DNA from: a virus
Taxonomy: Duplodnaviria > Caudoviricetes
Length of the DNA stretch: 47,579 nucleotides
Reading direction: 5' to 3' (one strand)
Virus record (IMG/VR): IMGVR_UViG_3300017700_000512
Location: 1 to 47,579 of that record
Position 1 is the first letter of the stretch. Every line of letters begins with the position of its first letter. This document shows, one piece after another, positions 25,294 through 35,597 of the stretch. Made by a program: the position numbers and the translations under genes. A model generated the notes under the pieces. The model was not told the origin of the DNA and did no database searches. It worked only from the letters and a program-made list of their open reading frames with translations.

Positions 25294-27126
25294 TTACTCT
25301 CGCTTCGGTGGCGTCAGGTGGATGTCGCGGTTCGTCGTGCGTGCCAGGCCCTGGTTGAACAGCAGGAGGATCGCCTCGTTGCTGATCGGCTTCTTGTCAC
25401 GTCGCAGCGAGTCTTCGATCTTCAGCCGCTCGGTGTGCGGGACGCGGGCGATGTCCCACACGATCATGGGGCCAGTGCCCTCGAAGGCAAAACGTGGACG
25501 GTCAGAGCCGAAGAAGCCGGCGATGCCACCAGTGCGCTCGGTGGCGACCTGGGCGCGCAGGTGGTCGACGATCGTCTGCACGTCCTCGTCGGTGGCCTCG
25601 CGTTTGATGTCAGCCCGCTGCTCGAACCGCTGGATGGCCTGGCGCACCGATGCGCGGAACTGGTTGGCCCGTTCAGCGGCCCCTGCGTCGAAGCCCTTGG
25701 TGCCAGGCTGTGCCGGCGACGGGTCGATGCCCATGCCGAGCAGGGCGCCGTTGATGATCTGGTTCTGGTTGCCGAGCGATGACAGGCGAGCGCGATCGGC
25801 TTCGCTCATCGTGGTGCGCGTGCTGCCCTGCAGCCGCATCATCTGCTCCAGGTCGTCTTTGTCGAGCTTGTCCACGTACTCCATCATGTTGATGTTCGTG
25901 AACGCGGTGCGCATGGCGGGGTCGCCCGACGTCGCCAGGTTGATCAGGTAGTAGAGCGAGTTGGTGTCGGTCTCGATCGCCTTCCCCTTGGCCATGGCCT
26001 CGGCGTAGTTCTTCAGCGAGCCGGACTCGCCGACGTCGAACGAGGCCCAGTCGGCCGCCGGGATGTTCCGCCAGTCGCCGGTGCGATCGATGATCTGCTT
26101 CGCGCCGAGCAGCACACCCTCGTGCCGCACACGCCGCTGCGTCTCTCGCACCGACCACTCGTGCTCGATGAGCTGCAGGGCTTCGTCGCGCACCTTGCCG
26201 TCGGTCGAGGCCTTCACCGCTTCGCGCTGCTCTTCGAGCGAGCCACCGCGCTGCACGATCTCGTCGACCACCTTGTGCACCTTGTCGCGGCGCACGCCTT
26301 CTTCGAGGGCCTTGGCCACGCGCTCGCGGGCCTCGGGCAGCAGCTGTGCTTCGGCCTCTTCGAAGTACTGCTCGGCCGCGTCCACTTCACCGTTGCTGAT
26401 GAAGCCGCTGATCACACCGTCGTGCACGTTCGAACGGAAGGCCTCGATCTGCGACTCGACCAGTTCCTTCGCGGTGCCCTTGTCCTTGCCGTACCGGCGG
26501 ATCTCCGCGATGCCGAACACCAGGTTGTCGTTCACGCCTTCCATGCGCTCCGTCGGCGAGTGGCCAGGCAGCGAGGCCGACTGGATGGCCTGGTTGCGCG
26601 CGTTGGTCAGCGCACCGTCGTGCTGCTCCTTGCTGAACTTGTCGATCTCGCCGCGCACGTAGCGCCGCACCGTCGTCTCGAACGACAGGCCCTCGGCGTT
26701 GCGCATCTCGTTGAAGCGGTCGCGCTGTTCCTGTGTGGTGAGGCTGGCTTCGATCTCGCTCGCGCGTTCGTTGAACCGCTGCGTGGAGGTCTCGGGTGCA
26801 TCGAACGAGTCGCGGCCCGTGCGGCTGAACACGCCCTTGTCGCCCCACAGCTCGTCCTGCTGGAACCGCGCCAGCTTGTTCTTCGCTTCGAGCAGCGCCG
26901 TGTTGTCAGCGGCCGCGCGCTCCTTGCGCACCATGTCGCTGTACTCGTTGGCGGCCATGCTCGCGAAGCCGCCCGCGACGTTGGCGATCGTCTCGGCCGT
27001 GCGGGCGCGCTCCATCTCGACGCCGGCACCCAAGGCCAGGGCCGTGTCGGACGCGCTGCGACGCGCACCAGGGAGGGGGTTGGTGGAGACCTGGCGCTGG
27101 CCGTAGCGCTGCGGAACGACGGGCAT
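25294..27126 (-). CDS. Internal virion/ejection protein (610 aa, Bbp11-like position)
   Basis: MPVVPQRYG N-terminus, all-helical, synteny. Confidence 0.75.
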   Translation of the reverse strand: MPVVPQRYGQRQVSTNPLPGARRSASDTALALGAGVEMERARTAETIANVAGGFASMAANEYSDMVRKERAAADNTALLEAKNKLARFQQDELWGDKGVFSRTGRDSFDAPETSTQRFNERASEIEASLTTQEQRDRFNEMRNAEGLSFETTVRRYVRGEIDKFSKEQHDGALTNARNQAIQSASLPGHSPTERMEGVNDNLVFGIAEIRRYGKDKGTAKELVESQIEAFRSNVHDGVISGFISNGEVDAAEQYFEEAEAQLLPEARERVAKALEEGVRRDKVHKVVDEIVQRGGSLEEQREAVKASTDGKVRDEALQLIEHEWSVRETQRRVRHEGVLLGAKQIIDRTGDWRNIPAADWASFDVGESGSLKNYAEAMAKGKAIETDTNSLYYLINLATSGDPAMRTAFTNINMMEYVDKLDKDDLEQMMRLQGSTRTTMSEADRARLSSLGNQNQIINGALLGMGIDPSPAQPGTKGFDAGAAERANQFRASVRQAIQRFEQRADIKREATDEDVQTIVDHLRAQVATERTGGIAGFFGSDRPRFAFEGTGPMIVWDIARVPHTERLKIEDSLRRDKKPISNEAILLLFNQGLARTTNRDIHLTPPKRE

Positions 27127-27129
27127 GGC

Positions 27130-27726
27130 TTACTTCCCTCCCTTGGGGGCGACGGGCTTCGTGGAGACCGGTGTGCCTCGGCCGCTGTTGGCGCCGTAGT
27201 TGGCCTGGAGCAGGGACGCGCCAGCGCCGAGCACCGTGCCGATGGCGCCGATGCGAGCTTGTGTGCGCTGCTGCCGGCCGCTCTCGGCCAGGGCGACACC
27301 CTCACGCCGGGTGATGTCGGCGCGCATCCGGGAGTCGAACGCATCGACCTTGTAGCCCCAGGCCTCGCGTGCCGCGTTGCTGCGGATGGTCAGCGCGTCC
27401 AGCTCACCGAGATACGCCGCGTCGGCCTGCACGTCGAGCGCAGAGCCGAAGCCGGCATCGACGTTATTGGCCGCGAAGCCGGCGCGCTGTGATCCGATGA
27501 TGCCGCGCACGCTGGACCGGAAGCGATTCTCTTCCTCACCGCCACGCGCGATCGCGTCCTCGCTCTGCTGGTCGGCGACCTCGGCGTTCCACACCTGCAG
27601 GTCAGCGGCCGCGTTGGCCGACTCCTGCTGCGCTTCACCCGCGCGGTTGGCGGCGCCACCTGCGCGCCAGCTCTGCCAGGCGCTGAAGCCCGCCATGCCG
27701 ATCGTGATCGCGGTCATCGCTCCCAT
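27130..27726 (-). CDS. Small internal virion protein (T7 gp14/Bbp12-like, 198 aa)
   Basis: Start reassigned to ATG 27726; G.QRAGFAANNVD...GSALD...ELDALTIRSNAAREAWG. Confidence 0.8.
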   Translation of the reverse strand: MGAMTAITIGMAGFSAWQSWRAGGAANRAGEAQQESANAAADLQVWNAEVADQQSEDAIARGGEEENRFRSSVRGIIGSQRAGFAANNVDAGFGSALDVQADAAYLGELDALTIRSNAAREAWGYKVDAFDSRMRADITRREGVALAESGRQQRTQARIGAIGTVLGAGASLLQANYGANSGRGTPVSTKPVAPKGGK

Positions 27727-27728
27727 GG

Positions 27729-29933
27729 TCAGTTCCCCATCTCTGTGTGCGGAATGATCGACAGCACCGTGAGTGGTAGCGCCGACGTCGGCCGCAGCAC
27801 GACGCGACCATTGTCGTTGAAACTCGACCGCAGGTTCATCTCTACGGTGCCCGTGAACGCAGCGGCCGTGCTGACACCCGGCGGCGTGACGTAGGCGCTG
27901 AGCTGCGTGCCGCTCGGGCCAGCGGAGAAGCCGCGCGTGCTCGCGTCGACAATCACCGAGATCGTTTGCACCCGCTTCTTCGCGGGTCGTGACGGGGTGC
28001 CGTGCACGTCGAGGTCGAGCGTCTCGATCTCCGCGTCGATCGGTAAGCCCGCGTGCACGTCGCTGTAGGAGCCGCCCAGGCTGATGCTGCCCGCGCTCAC
28101 CGTGCGACGGCCGAGGTACACGCCATCGCCGACGACGTCGAGCGCCTGGCCCGCGAGGTGATCCAAGCCCGAGACGGCCGAGACCGGCGCGCCGCTGTAG
28201 CTCAGGCCGCTGTCGCAGAAGAACGCCTGCTCGTTGAAGTCGATGATCGTCCGGGTCTCCAGCTTCTCGATGTAGCGCACGACACCGCTGCCGAAGTTGC
28301 GGGCCACGATGCAATACAGGACATCGGCCCCTTCCTCGCCGATCACGCAGACGTCGTTGAACTGGCCGCTCTGCGTGGTGTGTTTGTGCCAGCCCCACAC
28401 GTCCTGCTCTTTCACGTAGGTCAGGCCGAGCAGGGTGCCGTCGTTGCGCACGCACCAGATCGTGGAGTCGGGCACCTGCGCGTAGTCGATCGAGACGATC
28501 TCGTAGCCGTCGAACAGGTGGGACGCGAAGATGGTGAGGTCGCGGCCGGCGAGGCCTTCCACCGCCTGGTCGAAGCTGAGGTCGCGCACGATGCTGTTGC
28601 GCGCCTGCACGTAGAGCACGCTGTTGCCGACCACCACCGGCGCGACGTCCCGCGAGACGCCCACGTAGGTCTCCTGGTCGAACGCGATCGTGTTCGGCGC
28701 GATGATGCCGCCGGCCCCGAGCATGCGCCACTCCCCGCCGTCGGTCATCACGAGCAGCTCTTTCAGCGCGACCAGCCAGCGCACCGCGTGGCTGTTGTTG
28801 CCGGCGATGCGCGTGTTGATCGCGTCATCGTCCTGCAGCGGCGAGCTGATGCCGAAGTTGTCGGGGAAGCCGATGCGCGAGCCGAACATGCCATCGGGCA
28901 CGTCGTCCGTGTTGGCGAACCAGCGGCGCTGCCCGTGGTACCCGCACGTTGCCGGCCGATCGCCTGAGACGTTGAAGCGCGCCTGGGGCAGCGCGGGCGT
29001 GATGTTGAAGTCGGGCGTGAGGCCGGGGTTGTTGAACGTCGCGGCGCCGGTGGCCGTGCCGATGAAGCCGTACGTGCCGTTGCCGTAGGGGTCGCAGTAG
29101 ACGTAGTACTCGGGCGACGCATCACCGGTGATCGGCGGCGTCAGGGTCACGTCCCACTCCAGCGCGTGCGGCACGTCCGGCGTCGGCGCTGCGCACGCGG
29201 CGTTCACCAGCTGGTTGCTCGACTCGCTCTCCTCATACGTGAAGGGCGCGGCCGCTGTGACGATGTAGCCGAAGTTGCGCGCACCCGCTGCCGGCGGCGT
29301 CGAGAAGGCCAGGTTCGTCGGGGCCTCGACCTTGGGCACCGTGTCGACCGGCACGAGCACCCAGCGCGTGAGGGCCTGGAACACCAGGTCCTGCGGGTCG
29401 TCGTTCTGGTGCGTCAGGGTGATGATGCGGCCGCTCTGTGTCGCGTGGAACAGACCGGTGGCCGTGAACGGGGTGGGGATCTCGTAGATGCTGCCGCTGA
29501 GCGGGTACCAGAAGCTCGCGTTCGGCGGCGCGTCGCCGGTGCTGTCGGCGATGCAGTAGTAGTTCACGCCGCCCGAGCTGACCAGGTCGCCAGGCACGTA
29601 GTCGGTGGCGCCGCTGTAGGCCGCGACACCCGACACCTCGACTTGCGCGCCGTTCTGCCAGAAGCGCAGATACCCGGAGCCGGCCTCGATCAGGACCGAT
29701 TCCCCGGGCACCTCCGACACGTAGCGCACCAGCTTCACGTTGGAGCTGCTCGTCTTGCAGGATCCCACGTAGCGCGTGCCGGCGCGGTTGCTCACTCCAC
29801 CGTGCCGATGCACAACGAAGTTTTTGCAGGTCTTCAGGCCGGTGGTGTACTTCGCCAGGTCCGCGCGTGCTGCGAGGGACGGGGCCAGCTCACCACCGGC
29901 ATACGAACGAACGACAAGCGGCTCGGTGCTCAT
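27729..29933 (-). CDS. Tail nozzle (tail tubular protein B-like)
   Basis: SYAGGELAPSL.ARADL.KY, GG...RAGT.YV, DLTIFASHLF, WGWHKH, SGLDHL.G. Confidence 0.88.
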   Translation of the reverse strand: MSTEPLVVRSYAGGELAPSLAARADLAKYTTGLKTCKNFVVHRHGGVSNRAGTRYVGSCKTSSSNVKLVRYVSEVPGESVLIEAGSGYLRFWQNGAQVEVSGVAAYSGATDYVPGDLVSSGGVNYYCIADSTGDAPPNASFWYPLSGSIYEIPTPFTATGLFHATQSGRIITLTHQNDDPQDLVFQALTRWVLVPVDTVPKVEAPTNLAFSTPPAAGARNFGYIVTAAAPFTYEESESSNQLVNAACAAPTPDVPHALEWDVTLTPPITGDASPEYYVYCDPYGNGTYGFIGTATGAATFNNPGLTPDFNITPALPQARFNVSGDRPATCGYHGQRRWFANTDDVPDGMFGSRIGFPDNFGISSPLQDDDAINTRIAGNNSHAVRWLVALKELLVMTDGGEWRMLGAGGIIAPNTIAFDQETYVGVSRDVAPVVVGNSVLYVQARNSIVRDLSFDQAVEGLAGRDLTIFASHLFDGYEIVSIDYAQVPDSTIWCVRNDGTLLGLTYVKEQDVWGWHKHTTQSGQFNDVCVIGEEGADVLYCIVARNFGSGVVRYIEKLETRTIIDFNEQAFFCDSGLSYSGAPVSAVSGLDHLAGQALDVVGDGVYLGRRTVSAGSISLGGSYSDVHAGLPIDAEIETLDLDVHGTPSRPAKKRVQTISVIVDASTRGFSAGPSGTQLSAYVTPPGVSTAAAFTGTVEMNLRSSFNDNGRVVLRPTSALPLTVLSIIPHTEMGN

Positions 29934-32900
29934 TCGCGGTCTCGGGTCCAGGATGCCGATTCACCACCCTGCGACTGCGCCTGCGAGCGCGCGTCGATCG
30001 TGGCGGCTCGCGTGAGGCAGTGCAGGAACATGCCCCAGCAGTCCGCTGCGGTCATCTTGTTGCGCGACAGGGCCGGGGCCAGCTTCGAGGCCAGCAGCCA
30101 GGCCAGCGCCTGCCGGTAGAGCACGTCGCCCTGGCCAGCGGCACAGCTGGACCGGAAGGTGTATTCGAGCTGCACCTCCGGGTCGTCGTCGGTCGAGCGC
30201 GGGTCGCGGTAGCTGCTGAACAGCAGGCGGCCCGTGGTGTCACTCGCGCCGCGGCGGAAGGGTGGCGGGTCGTGGTCCCACTGCCGGCCGATGCCAGGCC
30301 GCACCAGGCGTCGCTCGAACAGGCAGTCCGTCGGCACGCGCCAGGCGTAGTACCAGTCCTCGTTCGCTTCGCTGCCTTCCTCTTCGCTGCCGGCGACGTG
30401 CACCAGGTCCGCGTACTTGGTGGCCCAGCTCCACGGATACTCGCGCAGGGACTCGGCCACGGCGTCGCTGTAGTGCAGCCGGCAGAGGGTCGCCTCGGGC
30501 GTGTCGTCGGTGGTGATGTCGCTGATCAACACCGTGATGCCGATGTGCGAGAGGGCCTGCTGGCAGACCTTCGTCGACTGGTCGACGCACTGCTCGCCGA
30601 AGTCCTCGCCATCCGGCTCACCGCCGCCGCCAGGGTCCGTGCCGCCGCCGCCCGGGTCTCCGTCCCCGGGATACCAGTCCGGCTCGTCAGGGTCATCGTC
30701 GTCGGGCAGGTCGGGCACTGTGGGGCCGAAGGGCCAGTCAGGCGGGACCGCCGGTGCCACGGGGATGAACTCACCATCACCGCTCCAGCCGTTGTTGCCG
30801 GCGACGTCAGAGCCGGGGAGGATGAAAGCGTTGTAGGTGACACCGTTCGCGTTGCCGACGGTGCCGACGGTGAACTGGTCGATGCCGCCGGACGTGATGC
30901 CCGTGCTCGCGTTGGCCGACGACGTCGAACTGGTCGACACGTAGCTCGTGGTGCCGGTGTTCTGCGGGTCGCGGAACAGCACACTCGCGTTGCTGTTGGG
31001 CCAGATGATGGCGAACAGCGGCCGCTTGCCACTCGGACGCGGGAACGAGATCGTGCGCGAGGCCGCACCGTCACCCACCCAGGTGACCAGCTGCAGCACG
31101 GCAGGAATGCCGGGGTCCTCGCTGCCATCATCCAGGCGCCAGGCCGCAATCGAGTGTTCGAGCAGGCCCGCGAGCAGGGTGATCCAGTCGCTGCCGATGG
31201 TGATCTCACCGGCGGCCACCGACAGCCCGTTAGCGCTGATGCCGATGCCGGCGCGCGTGATCTCGCCACCCGTCAGCTGGCTCAGCCCCTTGTAGCTCTT
31301 CAGGCCCGTGGTCGTGTTGCCCGTGGCTTCAGCCTGGGCGAACAGGCACTGCGGCGTGAACAGCGGGTTCAGCAGTGCGGTGACCTCGCCGGCCACGTTC
31401 GGCCGCCAGGTGTGCATCGCCAGGTTGAGCGAGAAGCGCATGCCGGGGTCGCAGAACGCGACGTACCAGAAGGTCGCAGCGGCCGCGTTGTCCTGCGCGT
31501 CGGCGCCGCACACCGTCAGCTCGTAGCGGTACTCCTGGTCGCCCTCGGCCATCGCTCCATCGTCGACCTGGCGCAGGTCGATTACTTGCGACTCGTACGT
31601 CGCGAGCGAGTCGCCATCGTGCGCGGCGACCATGCTCGACCACCAGTGCGCGCCTCGCGACGTCGACCCGGTGTTGCGGATGAACAACCAGGTCACCGGG
31701 AAGTTGAACGTGATGATCTGCGAGGTGCCGTTGCCCGTGAACGTGCCGCTCTTGATCGCGACCGGCGAGATCGGGCCAGGCCCCTTGCGTGCCCATATCG
31801 AGTCGGGGTACGGCGAGTTGTGGTGCCCGGTGTTGCCGAGGATGGCCAGCTCTTCAGGCGACAACACCGAGGCCGCTGAGATGTCGCACTGATCGAACAC
31901 GCCGCACAGCTCGACCTCCGTCCAGATCGCGCCGATCGACGTCGTGCCGGCGCCACCGCCGCTCTCGTTGCGGAACGTGACGTGCAGCGGGTGGAACTCG
32001 TTGAGGGATGGATCGGCCTGCGTGGGCGGCTGATACATCATCGACTTCCGGCTGTAGGTGCCGCCGCCGGTGTGCGTGTGGGCCGCGCCGAAGACCGAGG
32101 CGGCGCCTGCGATGCGGTACCCCAAGGCGTAGTCGTTGGCGCCCGTGCCCGACACACGCTGCGCGTAGACGGCCGCCAGGACCGACACAGGGCCGAACGC
32201 ACCGCGCTCGACGGTGTACTTGGTGTCGTCCTGCCTGACATCCAGGACAGCGCTGGCGGTCGCGTTGGTGATGAGGTCGGGCCGGGTGGCGCTCGCGATG
32301 CGACGGTTCGCCATGGCCACACTGGGGGCCACGAAGTTGCCCGTGTCCTCAGAGCCGAACGCGGCCGACTGCGGCTTGGTGATCTTTGTGCCGTTCAGCC
32401 AGTCGATGTTCTCGTAGCTGGTGGGCGGCGCCGCGTTGAACCAGTCGTCGAAGTCCAGCGCGAGCGAGCTGCTGTCGTCGTTCAGGCCGACACCGATCTC
32501 TGAGCTGGCGTGCACGACGGCGCCGCCTTCGAGGATGGCCCCGAGGCCGCTCATGTTCAGCTGCAGCGCGCCGTTGTAGTAGACCGAGAACTGCGCGCCC
32601 GTGCGCAGCGCGATGATGAGGTCGACCTTGACCCACTCCCCCTCTGGCAGCTCTTCAGCGATCGTGGCGGTCGGCACGAACGCGGAGCCTTCACCGATGC
32701 CGACCAGGATCTGGCCGGTCGGCAGCAGCTTCATGACGATCTCTTCGGCCGGCGTCGAGTTGAGCCACCAGAAGGCCATCGCCGACGTCGGGTACCCGCG
32801 ACGCCGGATGTAGAAGCGTTCCCACGAGAGGTGCGTGGAGACCGCCGAGTCGTTCTCGTTCAGGTTGTGCGACACCGACACGGTCGAGGAGTTGACCGCT

Positions 32901-33433
32901 TTGAGGCCCAGGCCATCGGCGTGCCGGCTGGCGTCGCGCGAGAGGTGCTGAAAGGTGGTCGAGACCTCGAAGCCGTCGATCCAGCGGCGGATCGGCATGT
33001 CCACGGGTGTGACATCGACGTCCTCGACGATCGGGCCGAGCGGCTTGTAGCTGAATGTGCCGCGCCACCGATACAACGTCGTGTCGCCGAACAGCCAGCC
33101 GATGCCGAACCAGCCACCGACGGTGCGCTCGAACACGCGCTCGTCGATCGGGAAGTTGGCGCCGCTGCCGGTGATCCACTCAGAGGTGATGCCGGGGGCG
33201 ACCAGGGGAACCGTGGGGATGTAAATCTGGCAGCCGAACAAGGCGGCCGCGTTCATCGGTGAGGTGAAGATGGCGCCGAACTGCTGCACCATCCCGAAGC
33301 CCTGCTGCACCGCCTGCAGGCCGGTCAGCTCGCCGATGCTGCCGTCCACGCGCTCGGCCCGCGGTGGCATCGCCTGCTGCAGCTTGACTTCGGCCGGGTC
33401 CGTCAGCCAGATGGTGAAATCGAGATATGTCAT
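29930..33433 (-). CDS. Head-tail adaptor (tubular protein A-like C-terminus) fused to ~950 aa of fibre/lectin-like domains
   Basis: C-terminal VCQQALSHIG...EATLCRLHY...LREYPWSWAT...WYYAWRVPTDCL...LAWLLASKLAPAL. Acidic P/G linker; beta-rich N-terminal part. Confidence 0.8.
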   Translation of the reverse strand: MTYLDFTIWLTDPAEVKLQQAMPPRAERVDGSIGELTGLQAVQQGFGMVQQFGAIFTSPMNAAALFGCQIYIPTVPLVAPGITSEWITGSGANFPIDERVFERTVGGWFGIGWLFGDTTLYRWRGTFSYKPLGPIVEDVDVTPVDMPIRRWIDGFEVSTTFQHLSRDASRHADGLGLKAVNSSTVSVSHNLNENDSAVSTHLSWERFYIRRRGYPTSAMAFWWLNSTPAEEIVMKLLPTGQILVGIGEGSAFVPTATIAEELPEGEWVKVDLIIALRTGAQFSVYYNGALQLNMSGLGAILEGGAVVHASSEIGVGLNDDSSSLALDFDDWFNAAPPTSYENIDWLNGTKITKPQSAAFGSEDTGNFVAPSVAMANRRIASATRPDLITNATASAVLDVRQDDTKYTVERGAFGPVSVLAAVYAQRVSGTGANDYALGYRIAGAASVFGAAHTHTGGGTYSRKSMMYQPPTQADPSLNEFHPLHVTFRNESGGGAGTTSIGAIWTEVELCGVFDQCDISAASVLSPEELAILGNTGHHNSPYPDSIWARKGPGPISPVAIKSGTFTGNGTSQIITFNFPVTWLFIRNTGSTSRGAHWWSSMVAAHDGDSLATYESQVIDLRQVDDGAMAEGDQEYRYELTVCGADAQDNAAAATFWYVAFCDPGMRFSLNLAMHTWRPNVAGEVTALLNPLFTPQCLFAQAEATGNTTTGLKSYKGLSQLTGGEITRAGIGISANGLSVAAGEITIGSDWITLLAGLLEHSIAAWRLDDGSEDPGIPAVLQLVTWVGDGAASRTISFPRPSGKRPLFAIIWPNSNASVLFRDPQNTGTTSYVSTSSTSSANASTGITSGGIDQFTVGTVGNANGVTYNAFILPGSDVAGNNGWSGDGEFIPVAPAVPPDWPFGPTVPDLPDDDDPDEPDWYPGDGDPGGGGTDPGGGGEPDGEDFGEQCVDQSTKVCQQALSHIGITVLISDITTDDTPEATLCRLHYSDAVAESLREYPWSWATKYADLVHVAGSEEEGSEANEDWYYAWRVPTDCLFERRLVRPGIGRQWDHDPPPFRRGASDTTGRLLFSSYRDPRSTDDDPEVQLEYTFRSSCAAGQGDVLYRQALAWLLASKLAPALSRNKMTAADCWGMFLHCLTRAATIDARSQAQSQGGESASWTRDRE

Positions 33434-33478
33434 GGTCTGTGTGCCTCTCCACCTGGCCGACGGCCGGCTACTGCTGAA

Positions 33479-34000
33479 TCAGATCGCTTCGTCTTCGTCC
33501 GGGTCGACCGCGCTCGACTTCGGTTCGTCGTCGTCGTCTTCCTCGGCGCGGCGCGCTCCGAGCTGCATCTTCGCGAGCAGCGTCTCGTCGTGCCGTGCCT
33601 TCAATTCCTGCGTGCCGGTCGTGATGCGCACCGGCTCGTTGGGGTTCGCTTCATCGCACCAGCTCGGCATGATGATCGAGCCGTCGGCTTCGATCGGCAG
33701 CTTCATGCTGAACACGTCGCCCTCGCGACGGCGGATGTGCCGGTAGTAGCCCATTTCGGTCGCGCGGACCTTCACCTTGACGGTCGTGCGGTCATCGGTG
33801 GCGCGCTCGCGGTGCTCGGCCTTCTTGCGCTTGCGCACCACCACGGGGGCGCCGACGCGACGGGGTGAGACTTCCTGCTGCTGAGAGGTGGCGACGGGCT
33901 TCTTGGCGCCAGGCCGAATCGCGGGCGTGGCGGCGGGTGCTGCTGCGGGACGGGACGCCTTCGCTGGAGAGGCTGCGGCGGGGTGCGGGGTCTTGGCCAT
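33479..34000 (-). CDS. Small virion-associated protein (KVRATEMGYY...RREGDVF)
   Basis: AGGAG RBS and ATG 34000; motif and position typical of the gene after cement in BPP-1-like phages. Confidence 0.65.
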   Translation of the reverse strand: MAKTPHPAAASPAKASRPAAAPAATPAIRPGAKKPVATSQQQEVSPRRVGAPVVVRKRKKAEHRERATDDRTTVKVKVRATEMGYYRHIRRREGDVFSMKLPIEADGSIIMPSWCDEANPNEPVRITTGTQELKARHDETLLAKMQLGARRAEEDDDDEPKSSAVDPDEDEAI

Positions 34001-34020
34001 GTTGTCTGCTCCTGATACGG

Positions 34021-34055
34021 AAGAAGCCGGTGAGCCTCCGAAGAGACCCACCGGC
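34021..34055 (-). terminator. Terminator after the capsid and cement genes
   Basis: GCCGGTGGGTCTC-TTCG-GAGGCTCACCGGC-TTCTT. Confidence 0.7.
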
Positions 34056-34081
34056 CGTGTGATCGAGCTGGAACGAGGGGG

Positions 34082-34519
34082 TTAGACCTCGAAGGCGGTC
34101 GCGTAGTACGCCTGCGCCGGGATGTGATTCCGGGGGCAGATGTGAGCCGAGACCGTGACCGTGTCACTGGCGCCGAGGATGTACCGCACGCCGAGGTAGC
34201 GCTGGTACGCCTGCGGGCCAGGCGGGATGTCGAGCACGATCAGCGCGCCCTCCACCAACAGCGCGCCGGCAATCGTGCGCGTGAGGTGGACGGTGGGCGA
34301 GCCGAGGGCCGCGTCTTCATCCGACACGATGGCGAACGCGAACGAGTCGGCCGACACCACGGCGGTCTCTTCGACCGTGATGATGATGGCCATCGGTTCG
34401 CCGGCACCAACGTCGCGCCGAGGCGTGACGTCACCGAGGTCGTACTTGTCCGTGCTGACCGCCGTGCCCACGCTGAGGGCCTGGGACGACGACAGCTTTG
34501 CGAGTGCGTCGAGAATCAT
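34082..34519 (-). CDS. Capsid cement/decoration protein (Bbp16-like)
   Basis: MILDAL..LS.SQA.....STD.YDLG....RDVGAGEP...QRYLGVRY. Confidence 0.85.
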   Translation of the reverse strand: MILDALAKLSSSQALSVGTAVSTDKYDLGDVTPRRDVGAGEPMAIIITVEETAVVSADSFAFAIVSDEDAALGSPTVHLTRTIAGALLVEGALIVLDIPPGPQAYQRYLGVRYILGASDTVTVSAHICPRNHIPAQAYYATAFEV

Positions 34520-34568
34520 GAACTGCTCCTTCTGCTGAGAACCGTGAAACGTGGATGCCTACCAGGCC

Positions 34569-35564
34569 TTAGAGCACCTGGTCTTCGGTGTTCAGGATCG
34601 CGTCGACCGTGCGGATCGGCACGTCACCGAACATCAGCACGCGCTTGCCTTCGTAGTTCTCGAAGGTCAGGCCGCCACCGGAACCGACGGCGATCCGCAC
34701 CTGCTTGCGCAGGAAGCGACGGATCGTGCGGTTCATGTAGAGCACCGGGCGACCGAGCCGGTTCGGCAGGGTCTCGACGGCGTCCTCCAGCAGGTCCACC
34801 AGGTCCGCAGCGCTCATGCCGCTCAGATCGCTGATGTCGATGTTCGCGATGCGCACGATGTAGCGCCAGTCGCGGACACAGATCCCGCTCTTCCACTGCC
34901 ACATCTCCTGCATCGCGCGCATGCGGGAGCCGGCCAGGCCGCTCGTGACTTCGACGGTCTGCTCGCCGTAGTCGTTGTGCTGCAGCCCTGCCATCGACCC
35001 CTGCGGGAAGATGCCGTGGACCGTCTCTTCGCCCCAGGCCACGAGATAGATGGACGTGAGGTCCATGCCCGTGCCCTGCGCGTCGATGATGTTGCGGCCG
35101 TTGCCCGCGGTCGTCAGCGAGTAGCGGGCGGCGATGCCCGTGAACTCGGCCGGCGACAGCGCGGCGTTGCCGTACAGCAGCGTGCTCTGCATCTCCTGGT
35201 TCATCGCTTCGATGAACGCCTTGCCTTCGGAGAGGCGGAACGAGTCGCGGTTGCCATTGAGCTTCAGCAGCTCGATGTCGACCTCGCTCCACGCTTCGAG
35301 CATGCCGGCGTGGTCATCGACCTGGGCCGTGGTGCTCTTGCTGGGCGGCACGCCCTGGTTGATCGTGCGCCAGTAGACCGTCGGCAGGCCCGTGCGCTGC
35401 GTCGACCGGTGGCCGGTGGGGAGGTTGCCTTCGACGAACACCTGGTCGTCGAGCATCTCGTTGGTCTGCTGCAGCAGCTCGACGATGACCGAGGTGTTGC
35501 CGTTGGGGTCGATGCGCTTCGCATGATCCATCAGGGTCAGCGCGTTGGCGTTCAGTGTTGCCAT
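34569..35564 (-). CDS. Major capsid protein (epsilon15/BPP-1 type)
   Basis: LTLMDHAKR.DP, IVELLQQTNEML.D...EGNLPTGH, RTGLP, RDWRYIVRIANID, DAILNTE. Confidence 0.93.
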   Translation of the reverse strand: MATLNANALTLMDHAKRIDPNGNTSVIVELLQQTNEMLDDQVFVEGNLPTGHRSTQRTGLPTVYWRTINQGVPPSKSTTAQVDDHAGMLEAWSEVDIELLKLNGNRDSFRLSEGKAFIEAMNQEMQSTLLYGNAALSPAEFTGIAARYSLTTAGNGRNIIDAQGTGMDLTSIYLVAWGEETVHGIFPQGSMAGLQHNDYGEQTVEVTSGLAGSRMRAMQEMWQWKSGICVRDWRYIVRIANIDISDLSGMSAADLVDLLEDAVETLPNRLGRPVLYMNRTIRRFLRKQVRIAVGSGGGLTFENYEGKRVLMFGDVPIRTVDAILNTEDQVL

Positions 35565-35597
35565 GTGAGGACTCTCCGTTGCTCCGAGATCAGCGGG

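Noticed and set aside
27727-28731. N-terminal extension of the 533-aa ORF 27130-28731
   Set aside because: Off-frame overlap with the nozzle gene; the real start is ATG 27726.
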